A stretch of DNA of 64,000 nucleotides. Origin: Octopus sinensis. Taxonomy: Eukaryota. Shown here in pieces: positions 1 to 12,706 of the stretch (positions are counted from its first letter, which is position 1; each line of letters opens with the position of its first letter). The stretch spans positions 13,578,001-13,642,000 of the forward strand of contig NC_043006.1 of assembly GCF_006345805.1 (NCBI RefSeq). Direction: 5' to 3'. Under the pieces are notes generated by a model. It was not told where the DNA came from, searched no databases, and was given only the letters and a program-made list of their open reading frames with translations. A program made the position numbers and the translations under genes.

Positions 1-160
1 CACAGATATGTCAGAACTATATGCATATTTGTCCGTATGTATCTTTGTGAGCGTGCGTATATAATATATATGTATGTTTTGTGTATATCCTGTGAAGCGT
101 TGCGGACATTTTTTCTGTTTTTGAACAAGAAATAAACTGAAAAAGACATATATCACACCA

Positions 161-232
161 ACCATAAAACTCCATTATTGGTATCGTCATCATCATCATT
201 ATCATCATCATCATCATCATCATCCTCGTCAT

Positions 233-271
<39 letters not shown>

Positions 272-290
272 CATCATCATCAGCCTCAAC

Positions 291-329
<39 letters not shown>

Positions 330-365
330 GTCATCATCATCATCATCATCATCATCAGCCTCAAC

Positions 366-400
<35 letters not shown>

Positions 401-509
401 GTCATCATCATCATCATCATCATCAGCCTCAACTTCATCATCATCATCATCATCATCGTCGTCATCATCAGCCTCAACTTCCTCATCATCATCATCGTCA
501 TCGTCATCG

Positions 510-542
<33 letters not shown>

Positions 543-900
543 GCATAACATCTTCAGCATCAGCAACATCATCATCATCATCATCATCATCATTTCCATT
601 CCCATCATCAAAATCATCATTACCGTTACCTTCCCCCTCCTCCTCTCCCTCCCCCTCCTCCTCCTCCTCCTCCTCCTCCTCCACAACCTCAACGTTATCT
701 GCACCACCATCATTATTACTATCTCTATCGTCGACATGCTCATCATCTTCTTCCTCCTACGCCTTCTCCAGCCATTCCACCTCTTCATCCTCTTTTTTCT
801 CTTCCTCGCCAATACAGCCGCCATCATCTCTATCATCATGTTTAACTTGTATTTGCCCCCCCCCCCACCTCATCACCACTGCCAGCACTACCACCATCAC
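161..900. repeat. Compound trinucleotide microsatellite (CAT, CAG, CTC, CTT, CAC tracts)
   Basis: Long (CAT)n runs punctuated four times by CAGCCTCAACT(T)C, followed by (CAG)n, (CTC)n and CAC-rich tracts. Confidence 0.95.
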
Positions 901-907
901 TATTACA

Positions 908-1110
908 GGCGAGCTAGTAGAACCGTTAGCACGCCGGGCGAAATGCTTAGCGATATTTAGTCTGTCTTTACGTTCTGAGTTCAAATTCCGCCGAGGTCGA
1001 ATTTGCCTTTCATCCCTTCGGGGTCGATAAATTAAGATCCAGTTGCGTATTGGGCTCGATCTAATTGACTGGCCCCGTCCCCCGAAATTTCGGGCCTTGT
1101 GCCTTAGAGT
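908..1110 (+). mobile_element. tRNA-derived SINE, family A (GGCGAGCTGGCAGAAACGTTAGC head), variant tail
   Basis: Pol III B-box-like GAGTTCAAATTCC and core CTTTCATCC.TTCGGGGTCGATAAATTAAG shared with copies at 25330, 43175, 47146, 53647 and 61807. Confidence 0.85.
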
Positions 1111-1582
1111 CATTATTTACACTAGCCTCACTATAACAGACCTCCCCACACACCACACCACCTACTACCCTGCTTTAGTCGGTTTTCCTATCATTCTCCT
1201 TTATATATATATATATATATATATATTATAAAATGAGATAGGGGTTGAAAATTCAACCCACCATGGGATAAGATATATCCAATATACTGCCAGATAGGTA
1301 CCCAACAAGATTAATACATAGATGTTAAAAATTGTCAAACAATCAGTTCATCTATTGTATTATATGGGTAAAGGTAATAATATTACCGTAAATTAATACT
1401 ACAAAATTAGAGAATGGAGAAACATACTTAAAACAATAAAACATCAACTATCCGATGATACCCAATCAATACTTTAATACACCATTACATATGAGTAAAG
1501 GCATTATATAAAATGAGATATACAGTAATAGTAAAAATAAAAAAGATAAAGAGATATAAGTAAAAAATTTTCAAATATAATA

Positions 1583-1717
1583 TGCAATTAAATCAAAACT
1601 GACAGCTGTTTCGGCAGTGAGGGCAGTCATACCTCATTTAACCTCTTAGCCATAAAGGCAGGTATAAATGAGGCATTAACAAGGATGCCCCACGGCCTCT
1701 TCAGAGAATTAAATTAA
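1583..1717 (-). ncRNA. Type I hammerhead ribozyme motif with long helix II (mirror copy of 3861-3995)
   Basis: Minus strand CUGAAGA (1704-1698), GAAAC-AGCU-GUC, predicted cleavage between 1601 and 1600. Confidence 0.7.
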
Positions 1718-2455
1718 ATTTGTTATAATTGTGAAAAATATAATATAACCATATACATATAAATATAAAAATATAAAAATGTAAAATATAAAAAATATAA
1801 AAACTTATACATCATAATGCTACACTTATATAATATAATACTTATTGGTACAATAAAGGAAGGTAAACAGAACAAAATAAAACAAAATATATATCAGTGT
1901 ATATACTAATATTAATAAGTACCGATATTATACATATTTGGCTAATAGTTTTTTTAAAAAAAAACTAACACATAGGGAGATGAAAAATAATAATTAAAAC
2001 CATGGTTCAGTTCATAAAATTCTAAAGCTATGAAAGTTAATAAAAATTACTATTAATATTAATAATAATAATAATAATAAAAATAATAATAATAATAATA
2101 GATACAGTTAAAGCTCTAGATAATGTAAGGCTATTGTATAATATGTAATATATGAGAGCCTTTTATAAGTTTGGTGTGTTTAGGTAGAGAATATAGGTTT
2201 TTTGTATGTGTTTATTTGGAAGGTTTTTATTGTATATTTGGTCTTTCTTTGTACTCACCTTAATTTGTATCTTATGCTACTTACTAATTAAACCTTTTTC
2301 ATTTTTTTCATTTTCTCATTTACATACATTTGGCTTTGTAAATATTACCAGCCTTATATTTAGTTTATATCTATAGTCCTCTGGATCTGTACTTTAAATT
2401 ATCCTTCCATACATATTTACTTTCAACAATATAACATATATATTCACTTTATTTA

Positions 2456-2487
<32 letters not shown>

Positions 2488-3860
2488 TAATGTTATCAAT
2501 CTCTGCATTTAGTCTTCTAATTATTTATTTATTTGCCTATTTAAGTGTAGATGTTTACATACATATCAAGTCATCTAATTTGTTATCTATTATTTTTTAC
2601 TTATTTACTTATACTAGGGTAGTTTTATACATACATATCTATCATTTATTTTATTTAATTTTAATAATATATCAATACATATATACTGGTTTGTACTTAT
2701 AATATGTGTATAACCGTATTTATTCCTTAGTTTTTATTCCTTCTTATTTATCTTTTCACATTTTACCTTAAGTATTTATAATATAAATTTTTAAAAATTT
2801 CTGTGATGTTCTCATAAGCGTTTACATTAGTACTTCCCCTTCTATTTTTTAATGCCTAAACTGGTATATTATGGCATTAAATTTATTAAGTAAATAAGTG
2901 ATTTATTTATAATATATAAATTAATATATATTTTATATTTTATAATTTAGCGTACTTGGAATCATAACAAACTTACGATAAATCTAACAACCGTATGTTT
3001 ACTATGCAACAAACCGGTGTTATAAATTTTAAGTTACCATGAAATAATTTTCTGACTTAGTAACATATTAATATTTAAAAATATATTTATATCTAAATTA
3101 AATATTTTATGAAATGCATGGGTGGTTCTTTTTTCGTTATTTGAAGCACAGTTATAATTTTGAAGGACTAAATGGTAGCATAGCTGCTTCCCTTTTTGTT
3201 TATCTATGTGCTAGTTGTTGCTTGTGATTATGTATGTGTATAAGTGTATGTATATACATATAACTATGTGTGTATGTGCGATTGATCTGTAGATGCGTGT
3301 GTGAATATTGGCGTTCCGTGACTAACCAACCGTATAATTTTCTTTTGTGATTTAAATTTCAAACCAATAGCCAATCGAATTAATCTAAATTTTCTTTACC
3401 TAGTGATCAGCATTTCTAAAACTCATAGTTATTTCGATCTTGAAAGGATGGACTTGGTGCTAACTTAACTGTATCTATTATTATTATTATTATTTTTATT
3501 ATTATTATTATTATTATTAATATTAATAGTAATTTTTATTAACTTTCATAGCTTTAGAATTTTATGAACTGAACCATGGTTTTAATTATTATTTTTCATC
3601 TCCCTATGTGTTAGTTTTTTTAAAAAAAACTATTAGCCAAATATGTATAATATCGGTACTTATTAATATTAGTATATACACTGATATATATTTTGTTTTA
3701 TTTTGTTCTGTTTACCTTCCTTTATTGTACCAATAAGTATTATATTATATAAGTGTAGCATTATGATGTATAAGTTTTTATATTTTTTATATTTTACATT
3801 TTTTATTTTTTATATTTATATGTATATGGTTATATTATATTTTTCACAATTATAACAAAT

Positions 3861-3995
3861 TTAATTTAATTCTCTGAAGAGGCCGTGGGGCATCCTTGTT
3901 AATGCCTCATTTATACCTGCCTTTATGGCTAAGAGGTTAAATGAGGTATGACTGCCCTCACTGCCGAAACAGCTGTCAGTTTTGATTTAATTGCA
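3861..3995 (+). ncRNA. Type I hammerhead ribozyme motif with 85-nt helix II
   Basis: CUGAAGA 3874-3880; helix II GGC..GCC 3881-3965 extensively paired; GAAA 3966-3969; palindromic helix III ACAGCUGU; GUC 3975-3977; helix I has 2 proximal pairs then an interrupted AU stem. Confidence 0.7.
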
Positions 3996-4194
3996 TATTA
4001 TATTTGAAAATTTTTTACTTATATCTCTTTATCTTTTTTATTTTTACTATTACTGTATATCTCATTTTATATAATGCCTTTACTCATATGTAATGGTGTA
4101 TTAAAGTATTGATTGGGTATCATCGGATAGTTGATGTTTTATTGTTTTAAGTATGTTTCTCCATTCTCTAATTTTGTTATATATATATATATAT

Positions 4195-4599
4195 ACTCTT
4201 TTACCCTTTTTACTCTTTTACTTGTTTCAGTCATTTGAATGCGGCCATGCTGGAGCACCGCCTTTAGTCGAGCAAATCGACCCTGGGACTTATTCTTTGT
4301 AAGCCCAGTACTTATTCAATCGGTCTCTTTTGCCGAACCGCTAAGTGACGGGGACGTAAACACACCAGCATCGGTTGTCAAGCAATGCTAGAGGGACAAA
4401 CACAAACACACATACATATATATATACGTATATACGACAGGCTTCTTTCAGTTTCTATCTACCAAATCCACTCACAAGGCTTTGGTCGGCCCGAGGCTAT
4501 AGCAGAAGACACTTGCCCAAGGTGCCACGCAGTAGGACTGAACCCGGAACCATGTGGTTGGTAAGCAAGCTACTTACCACACATCCACTCCTGCGCCTA
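4195..4599 (-). mobile_element. tRNA-derived SINE, family B (AGGCGCAGGAGTGG head, CR1-like tail)
   Basis: A/B-box-like head TGTGTGGTAAG..GGGTTCAGTCC, internal CA/TA microsatellite, tail GGCGGTGCTCCAGCATGGCC..GAAACAAG(TAAAAGAG)n; near-identical copy at 15847-16263. Confidence 0.9.
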
Positions 4600-4839
4600 T
4601 ACCTTCCTCCTATATATAGGATTATGTTTAATGATTGTGTGAATGTGTGTGTGTGTGTGTGTGTGTGCGTGTGTGTGTGTGTGTGTGTGAATGTGTGCGT
4701 TCGTGCCCGTATCTTGCATGGATATGTGCACGAATGTGTTCTTGTGTCTGCACGTGTGTCTATGTGCGTGTGCGTGTGCATATGTGTATGTGAATGTGTG
4801 TTAGTGTATAAGAGTTTGTGTTTGTGTATGTTTCGGTAT

Positions 4840-5148
4840 CACGTGATCACGTGACCGACCAGACCATCAGATGTAGTTACACATCGCTGGTCACAATGCG
4901 TTCGCATTGTTTTAGCCTTCGAATTACGCCACGCCGCTGGCTAAGCGAGCAGGCCGACAGAAGAAAGAGTGGGAGAAAGAGTGGTGAAAGAGTACAGCAG
5001 GGATCTCCACCCCCACCCCTGCCGGAGCCTCGTGGAGCTTTTAGGTATTTTTGCTCAATAAACACTCACAACGCCCGGTCTGGGAATCGAAACCGCGATC
5101 CGGCGACCGCGAGTCCGCTGCCCTAACCACTAGGCCATTGCGCCTCCA
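4840..5148 (-). mobile_element. tRNA-derived SINE, family C (TGGAGGCGCAATGGCC head), tail type 1
   Basis: Head GGCCTAGTGGTTAGGGCAGCGGACTC..GGTTTCGATTCCC shared with several other copies; tail (..GTCACGTGATCACGTG) differs from the other copies. Confidence 0.88.
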
Positions 5149-5361
5149 CATGTTTCGGTATATGTGTGTAAATATGCTTTTGTGTCTATATGCGTGTCTT
5201 TGTATATGTGTATGTGCATATGTATATGCGTGTATGAGAGCGTGTGAGTGTGTGTATGGGTGCGCGCGTGTATGTACATATGCTTGTGTGTCTGAATGCG
5301 CACATGTATAGGTGGATGTACGTATAGGAATACATATAATCGACTGTGTGTTTGTAAATAT

Positions 5362-5396
<35 letters not shown>

Positions 5397-5399
<3 letters not shown>

Positions 5400-5616
5400 A
5401 AAATACGTGTCTGCATGTAGTAATTGTGTGTAGATTGAAGCTGGTGTGTGTGTGTGTGTGTTGTGTGTGTGTGTGCGGTGTGTGCAAAATACGTGTCTGC
5501 ATGTAGTAATTGTGTGTAGATTGAAGCTGGTGTGTGTGTGTGTGTGTGTGTGTGTGGAAAATACGTGTCTGCATGGAGTAATTGTGTGTAGATTGAAGCT
5601 GGAGTGTGAAAATGTG

Positions 5617-5653
<37 letters not shown>

Positions 5654-5696
5654 AAAATACGTGTCTGCATGTAGTAATTGTGTGTAGATTGAAGCT

Positions 5697-5737
<41 letters not shown>

Positions 5738-5778
5738 AAAATACGTGTCTGCATGTAGTAATTGTGTGTAGATTGAAG

Positions 5779-5822
<44 letters not shown>

Positions 5823-6350
5823 AAAATACGTGTCTGCATGTAGTAATTGTGTGTAGATTGAAGCTGGTGTGTGTGTGTGTGTGTTGTGTGTGCAAAATAC
5901 GTGTCTGCATGTAGTAATTGTGTGTAGATTGAAGCTGGTGTGTGTGTGTGTTGTGTGTGTGTGTGTGTGTGTGTGCAAAATACTTGTCTGCATGTAGTAA
6001 TTGTGTGTAGATTGAAGCTGGTGTGTGTGTGTGTGTGGTGTGTGTGCAAAATACGTGTCTTGCATGTAGTAATTGTGTGTAGATTGAAGCTGGTGTGTGT
6101 GTGTGTGTGTGTGGTGGTGTGGTGTGTGTGTGTGTGTGCAAAATACGTGTCTGCATGTAGTAATTGTGTGTAGATTGAAGCTGGTTGTGTGTGTGTGTGT
6201 GTGCAAAATACGTGTCTGCATGTAGTAATTGTGTGTAGATTGAAGCTGGAGTGTGAAAATGTGCATGTGTGTGTGTGTTGTGTGTGTGTGTGTGTGCAAA
6301 ATACGTGTCTGCATGTAGTAATTGTGGTGTAGATTGAAGCTGGTGTGTGT

Positions 6351-6385
<35 letters not shown>

Positions 6386-6644
6386 ATACGTGTCTGCATG
6401 TAGTAATTGTGTGTAGATTGAAGCTGGTGTGTGTGTGTGTGCAAAATACGTGTCTGCATGTAGTAATTGTGTGTAGATTGAAGCTGGTGTGTGTGGTGTG
6501 TGTGTGGTGTGTGTGTGTGTGCAAAATACGTGTCTGCATGTAGTAATTGTGTGTAGATTGAAGCTGGTGTGGTGTGTGTGTGGTGTGTGTGCAAAATACG
6601 TGTCTGCATGTAGTAATTGTGTGTAGATTGAAGCTGGTGTGTGT

Positions 6645-6677
<33 letters not shown>

Positions 6678-6720
6678 AAAATACGTGTCTGCATGTAGTA
6701 ATTGTGTGTAGATTGAAGCT

Positions 6721-6759
<39 letters not shown>

Positions 6760-6818
6760 AAAATACGTGTCTGCATGTAGTAATTGTGTGTAGATTGAAG
6801 CTGGAGTGTGAAAATGTG

Positions 6819-6855
<37 letters not shown>

Positions 6856-7130
6856 AAAATACGTGTCTGCATGTAGTAATTGTGTGTAGATTGAAGCTGG
6901 TGTTGTGTGTGTGTGTGTGTGTGTGTATGTGTGTGTGCAAAATACGTGTCTGCATGTAGTAATTGTGTGTAGATTGAAGTTGGTGTGTGAAAATGTGCAT
7001 GTGTGTGTGTGTGTCTGTGTGTGTGTGTGTGTCTGTGTGTGTGTGTGTGTGTGTGCAAGATAAGTGTCTGCATGTAGTAATTGTGTGTAGATTGAAGTAG
7101 GTGAGTGAAAATGTGCATGTGTGTGTGTGT

Positions 7131-7163
<33 letters not shown>

Positions 7164-7223
7164 CAAAATACGTGTCTGCATGTAGTAATTGTGTGTAGAT
7201 TGAAGTTGGTGTGTGAAAATGTG

Positions 7224-7274
<51 letters not shown>

Positions 7275-7334
7275 AAAATACGTGTCTGCATGTAGTAATT
7301 GTGTGTAGATTGAAGCTGGAGTGTGAAAATGTGC

Positions 7335-7367
<33 letters not shown>

Positions 7368-7427
7368 AAATACGTGTCTGCATGTAGTAATTGTGTGTAG
7401 ATTGAAGTTGGTGTGTGAAAATGTGCA

Positions 7428-7462
<35 letters not shown>

Positions 7463-7987
7463 AAAATACGTTTCTGCATGTAGTAATTGTGTGTAGGTTG
7501 AAGTTGGTGTGTGAAAATGTGCATTTGTGTGTGTCTGTGTGTGTGTGTGTGTGTGTGCAAAATACGTGTCTGCATGTAGTAATTGTGTGTAGATTGAAGT
7601 TGGTGTGTGAAAATGTGCATGTGTGTGTGTGTGTGTGTGTGCAAAATACGTGTCTGCATGTAGTAATTGTGTGTAGATTGAAGTTGGTGTGTGAAAATGT
7701 GCATTTGTGTGCGCGTGTGTGTGTGTGTGTGTGTGTGTGTGCAAAATACGTGTCTGCATGTAGTAATTGTGTGTAGATTGAAGTTGGTGTGTGAAAATGT
7801 GCATGTGTGTGTGTGTGTGTGTGTGTGCAAAATAAGTGTCTGCATGTAGTTATTGTGGGTAGATTGAAGTTGGTGTGTGAAAATGTGCATTTGTGTGTGT
7901 GTGTGTGTGTGTGAGTGTGTGTGTGCAAAATACGTGTCTGCATGTAGTAATTGTGTGTAGATTGAAGTTGGTGTGTGAAAATGTGCA

Positions 7988-8022
<35 letters not shown>

Positions 8023-8346
8023 AAAATACGTGTCTGCATGTAGTAACTGTATGTGGACTGAAGTTGGTGTGTGAAAATGTGCATTTGTGTGTGTGTGTGT
8101 GTGTGTGTGCAAAATACTTGTCTGCATGTAGTAATTGTGTGTAGATTGAAGCTAGAGTGTGAAAATGTGAATATGTGTGTGTGTGTGTGTGTGTGTGCAA
8201 AATACGTGTCTGCATGTAGTAATTGTGTGTAGATTGAAGCTGGAGTGTGAAAATGTGCATTTGCGTGTGTGTGTGTGTGTGTGTGCAAAATACGTGTCTG
8301 CATGTAGTAATTGTGTGTAGATTGAAGTTGGTGTGTGAAAATGTGC

Positions 8347-8380
<34 letters not shown>

Positions 8381-8444
8381 AAAATACGTGTTTGCATGTA
8401 GCAATTGTGTGTAGATTGAAGTTGGTGTGTGAATATGTGCATTT

Positions 8445-8477
<33 letters not shown>

Positions 8478-8537
8478 CAAAATACGTGTCTGCATGGAGT
8501 AATTGTGTGTAGATTGAAGTTGGTGTGTGAAAATGTG

Positions 8538-8574
<37 letters not shown>

Positions 8575-8634
8575 AAAATACGTGTCTGCATGTAGTAATT
8601 GTGTGTAGATTGAAGTTGGTGTGTGAAAATGTGC

Positions 8635-8665
<31 letters not shown>

Positions 8666-9533
8666 AAATACGTGTCTGCATGTAGTAATTGTGTGTAGAT
8701 TGAAGCTGGAGTGTGAAAATGTGCATGTGTGTGTGTGTGTGTGTGTGCAAGATAGGTGTCTCAATGTAGTAATTGTGTGTAGATTGAAGTTCGTGTGTGA
8801 AAATGTGCATTGTGTGTGTGTGTGTGTGTGTGTGTGTGCAAAATACGTGTCTGCATGTAGTAATTGTGTGTAGATTGAAGTTGGTGTGTGAAAATGTGCA
8901 TGTGTGTGTGCAAAATACGTGTCTGCATGTAGTAATTGTGTGTAGATTGAAGTTGGTGTGTGAAAATGTGCATGTGTGTATGTGTGTGTGTGTGTGTGTG
9001 TGTGCAAAATACGTGTCTGCATGTAGTAATTGTGTGTAGATGAAGCTGGAGTGTGAAAATGTGATGTGTGTGTGTGTGTGTGTGTGTGTGCAAGATACGT
9101 GTCTGCATGTAGTAATTGTGTGTAGATTGATTGAAGTTGGTGTGTGAAAATGTGCATGTATGTGGGTGTGTGTGTGTGGTGCAAAATACGTGTCGCATGT
9201 AGTAATGTGTGTTGATTGAATTTGGTGTGTGTGAAAATGTGCATGTGTGTTGTGTGTGTGTGGTGTGTTTGTGTGGTGGGTGTGTGTGTGTGTGCAAAAT
9301 ACGTGTCTGCATGTAGTAATTGTGTGTAGATTGAAGTTGGTGTGTGAAAGTGTGCATGTGTGTGTGTGTGTATGTGTGTGTGTGTGTGTGTGCAAAATAC
9401 GTGTCTGCATGTAGTAATTGTGTGTAGATTGAAGTTGGTGTGTGAAAATGTGCATGTGTGTGTGTGTGTGTGCAAAATACGTGTCTGCATGTAGTAATTG
9501 TGTGTAGATTGAAGCTGGAGTGTGAAAATGTGC

Positions 9534-9564
<31 letters not shown>

Positions 9565-9622
9565 AGATACGTGTCTGCATGTAGTAATTGTGTGTAGATT
9601 GAAGTTGGTGAGTGAAAATGTG

Positions 9623-9661
<39 letters not shown>

Positions 9662-10356
9662 AAAATACGTGTCTGCATGTAGTAATTGTGTGTAGATTGA
9701 AGTTGGAGTGTGACAATGTGCATTTGTGTGTGTGTGTGTGTGTGTGTGCAAGATACGTGTCTGCATGTAGTAAATGTTTGTAGATTGAAGGGTGTGGTGA
9801 AATGTGCATTTGTGTGTGTGTGTGTGTGTGCAAGATACGTGTCCTGCATGTAGTATTGTGTGTAAATTGAAGTTTGTTGTGGAAAATGTGCATGTGTGGT
9901 GTGTGTGTGTGTGTGTGGTTGTGTGCAAAATACGTGTCTGCATGTAGTAATTGTGTGGTAGTTGAAGCCGAAAAGTGTAAAATGTGCATATGTGTGTGTT
10001 GTGTGTGTGTGTGTGTGTGTGCAAAATACGTGTCTGCATGTAGTAATGCGTGTAGATTGAAGTTGGTGTGTGAAAATGTGCATGTGTGTTGTGGTGTGGT
10101 GTGTGTGTGTGTGCAAAATACGTGTCTGCATGTAGTAATTGTGTGTTGATTGAAGCTGGAGTGTGAAAATGTGCATGTGTGTGTGTGTGTTTGTGTGTGT
10201 GCAAGATACGTGTCTGAATGTAGTAATTGTGTGTAGAGTGAAGTTGGTGTGTGAAAATGTGCATTTAGTGTGTGTGTGTGTGTTTGTGTGTGTGTGCAAA
10301 ATACGTGTCTGCATGTAGTAATTGTGTGTAGATTGAAGTTGGTGTGTGAAAATGTG

Positions 10357-10391
<35 letters not shown>

Positions 10392-10451
10392 AAAATACGT
10401 GTCTGCATGTAGTAATTGTGTGTAGATTGAAGTTGGTGTGTGAAAATGTGC

Positions 10452-10484
<33 letters not shown>

Positions 10485-10722
10485 AAAATACGTGTCTGCA
10501 TGTAGTAATTGTGTGTAGATTGAAGCTGGAGTGTGAAAATGTGCATGTGTGTGTGTGTGTGTGTGTGCAAGATAGGTGTTTGAATGTAGTAATTGTGTGT
10601 AGATTGAAGTTCGTGTGTGAAAATGTGCATTTGTGTGTGTGTGTGTGTGTGTGTGTGCAAAATACGTGTCTGCCTGTAGTAATTGTGTGTAGATTGAAGT
10701 TGGTGTGTGAAAATGTGCATGT

Positions 10723-10757
<35 letters not shown>

Positions 10758-10814
10758 ATACGTGTCTGCATGTAGTAATTGTGTGTAGATTGAAGCTGGA
10801 GTGTGAAAATGTGC

Positions 10815-10845
<31 letters not shown>

Positions 10846-11368
10846 AGATACGTGTCTGCATGTAGTAATTGTGTGTAGATTGAAGTTGGTGTGTGAAAAT
10901 GTGCATCTGTGTGTGTGTGTGTGCAAAATACGTGTCTGCATGTAGTAATTGTGTGTAGATTGAAGTTGGTGTGTGAAAATGTGCATGTGTGTGTGTGTGT
11001 GTGTGTGTTTGTGTGTGTGCGTGTGTGTGTGTGTGCAAAATACGTGTCTGCATGTAGTAAATGTGTGTAGATTGAAGTTGGTGTGTGAAAGTGTGCATGT
11101 GTGTGTGTGTATGTGTGTGTGTGTGTGTGCAAAATACGTGTCTGCATGTAGTAATTGTGGTGATTGAAGTGTGAGTGTGTGTGAAATGTGAAAATGTGCA
11201 TGTGTGTGTGTGTGTGTGCAAAATACGTGTCTGCATGTAGTAATTGTGTGTAGATTGAAGCTGGAGTGTGAAAATGTGCATGTGTGTGTGTGTGTGTGTG
11301 TGTGTGCAAGATACGTGTCTGCATGTAGTAATTGTGTGTAGATTGAAGTTGGTGAGTGAAAATGTGCA

Positions 11369-11400
<32 letters not shown>

Positions 11401-12291
11401 GCAAAATTCGTGTCTGCATGTAGTAACTGTGTGTAGATTGAAGCCGGAGTGTGAAAATGTGCATTTGTGTGTGGTGGTGTGTGTGTGTGCAAAATACGTG
11501 TCTGCATGTAGTAATTGTGTGTAATTGAAGCTGGAGGGTGACAATGTGCATTTGTTGTGTGTTGGTGTGTTGTGTGTGTGCAAAATACGTGTCTGCATGT
11601 AGTAATTGTGTGTAGATTGAAGTTGGAGTGTGACAGTGTGACCATGTGTTGTTGGTGTGTGTGTGTGTGTGCAAGATACGTGTCTGCATGTAGTAAATGT
11701 GTGTAGATTGAAGCTGGTGTGTGAAAATGTGCATTGTGTGTGGTGGTGTGTGTGTGTGGGTGTGTGCAAGATACGTGTCTGCATGTAGTATTGTGTGTAA
11801 ATTGAAGTTGGTGTGTGTGAAAATGTGCTGTGTGTGTGTGTGTGTGTGGTGGTGTGTGTGCAAAATACGTGTCTGCATGTAGTAATTGTGTGTAGATTGA
11901 AGCCGGAGTGTGGGAAATGTGCATATGGTGTGTTGTGTTGGTGTGTTGTGTGCAAAATACTGTCTGCATGTAGTAATTGTTTGTTGTGTGTGAGATTTGA
12001 AGCTGGAGTGTGAAAATGTGCATGTGTGTGTGTGTGTGTGTGTGTGTTTGTGTGTGTGCAAGATACATGTCTGAATGTAGTAATTCTGTGTAGAGTGAAG
12101 TTGGTGTGTGAAAATGTGCATTTAGTGTGTGTGTGTGGAAAATACGTGTCTGCATGTAGTAATTGTGTGTAGATTGAAGTTGGTGTGTGAAAATGTGCAT
12201 GTGTGTGTGTGTGTGTGTGTGCAAAATACGTGTCTGCATGTAGTAATTGTGTGTAGATTGAAGTTGGTGTGTGAAAATGTGCATGTGTGTA

Positions 12292-12326
<35 letters not shown>

Positions 12327-12485
12327 AAAATACGTGTCTGCATGTAGTAATTGTGTGTAGATTGAAGCTGGAGTGTGAAAATGTGCATTTGTTTGTGTGT
12401 GTGTGTGTGTGTGTTTGTGTGTGCAAAATACGTGTCTGCATGTAGTAATTGTGTGTAGATTGAAGTTGGTGTGGGAAAATTTGCA

Positions 12486-12516
<31 letters not shown>

Positions 12517-12577
12517 AAAATACGTGTCTGCATGTAGTAATTGTGTGTAGATTGAAGTTGGTGTGTGAAAATGTGCA

Positions 12578-12608
<31 letters not shown>

Positions 12609-12671
12609 AAAATACGTGTCTGCATGTAGTAAGTGTGTGTAGATTGAAGCTGGAGTGTGAAAATGTGCATT

Positions 12672-12706
<35 letters not shown>

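Larger units (their letters stand above)
1401..4177. repeat. Near-perfect inverted repeat, arms 1401-2111 and 3465-4177, ~1.35-kb AT-rich spacer; probable PLE pseudo-LTR arrangement
   Basis: Left arm is the reverse complement of the right arm at every block checked (only an AAT-repeat unit and small indels differ); each arm carries a hammerhead motif. PLE origin is inference. Confidence 0.92.

Noticed and set aside
17-960. Poly-Met, poly-Glu/Asp and poly-His ORFs
   Set aside because: Translations of trinucleotide microsatellites with no domain or splice evidence
2112-3465. GIY-YIG relic in the inverted-repeat spacer (minus strand NIYKAKC..)
   Set aside because: Only a few residues resemble the motif in extremely AT-rich sequence; not supportable without an HMM search
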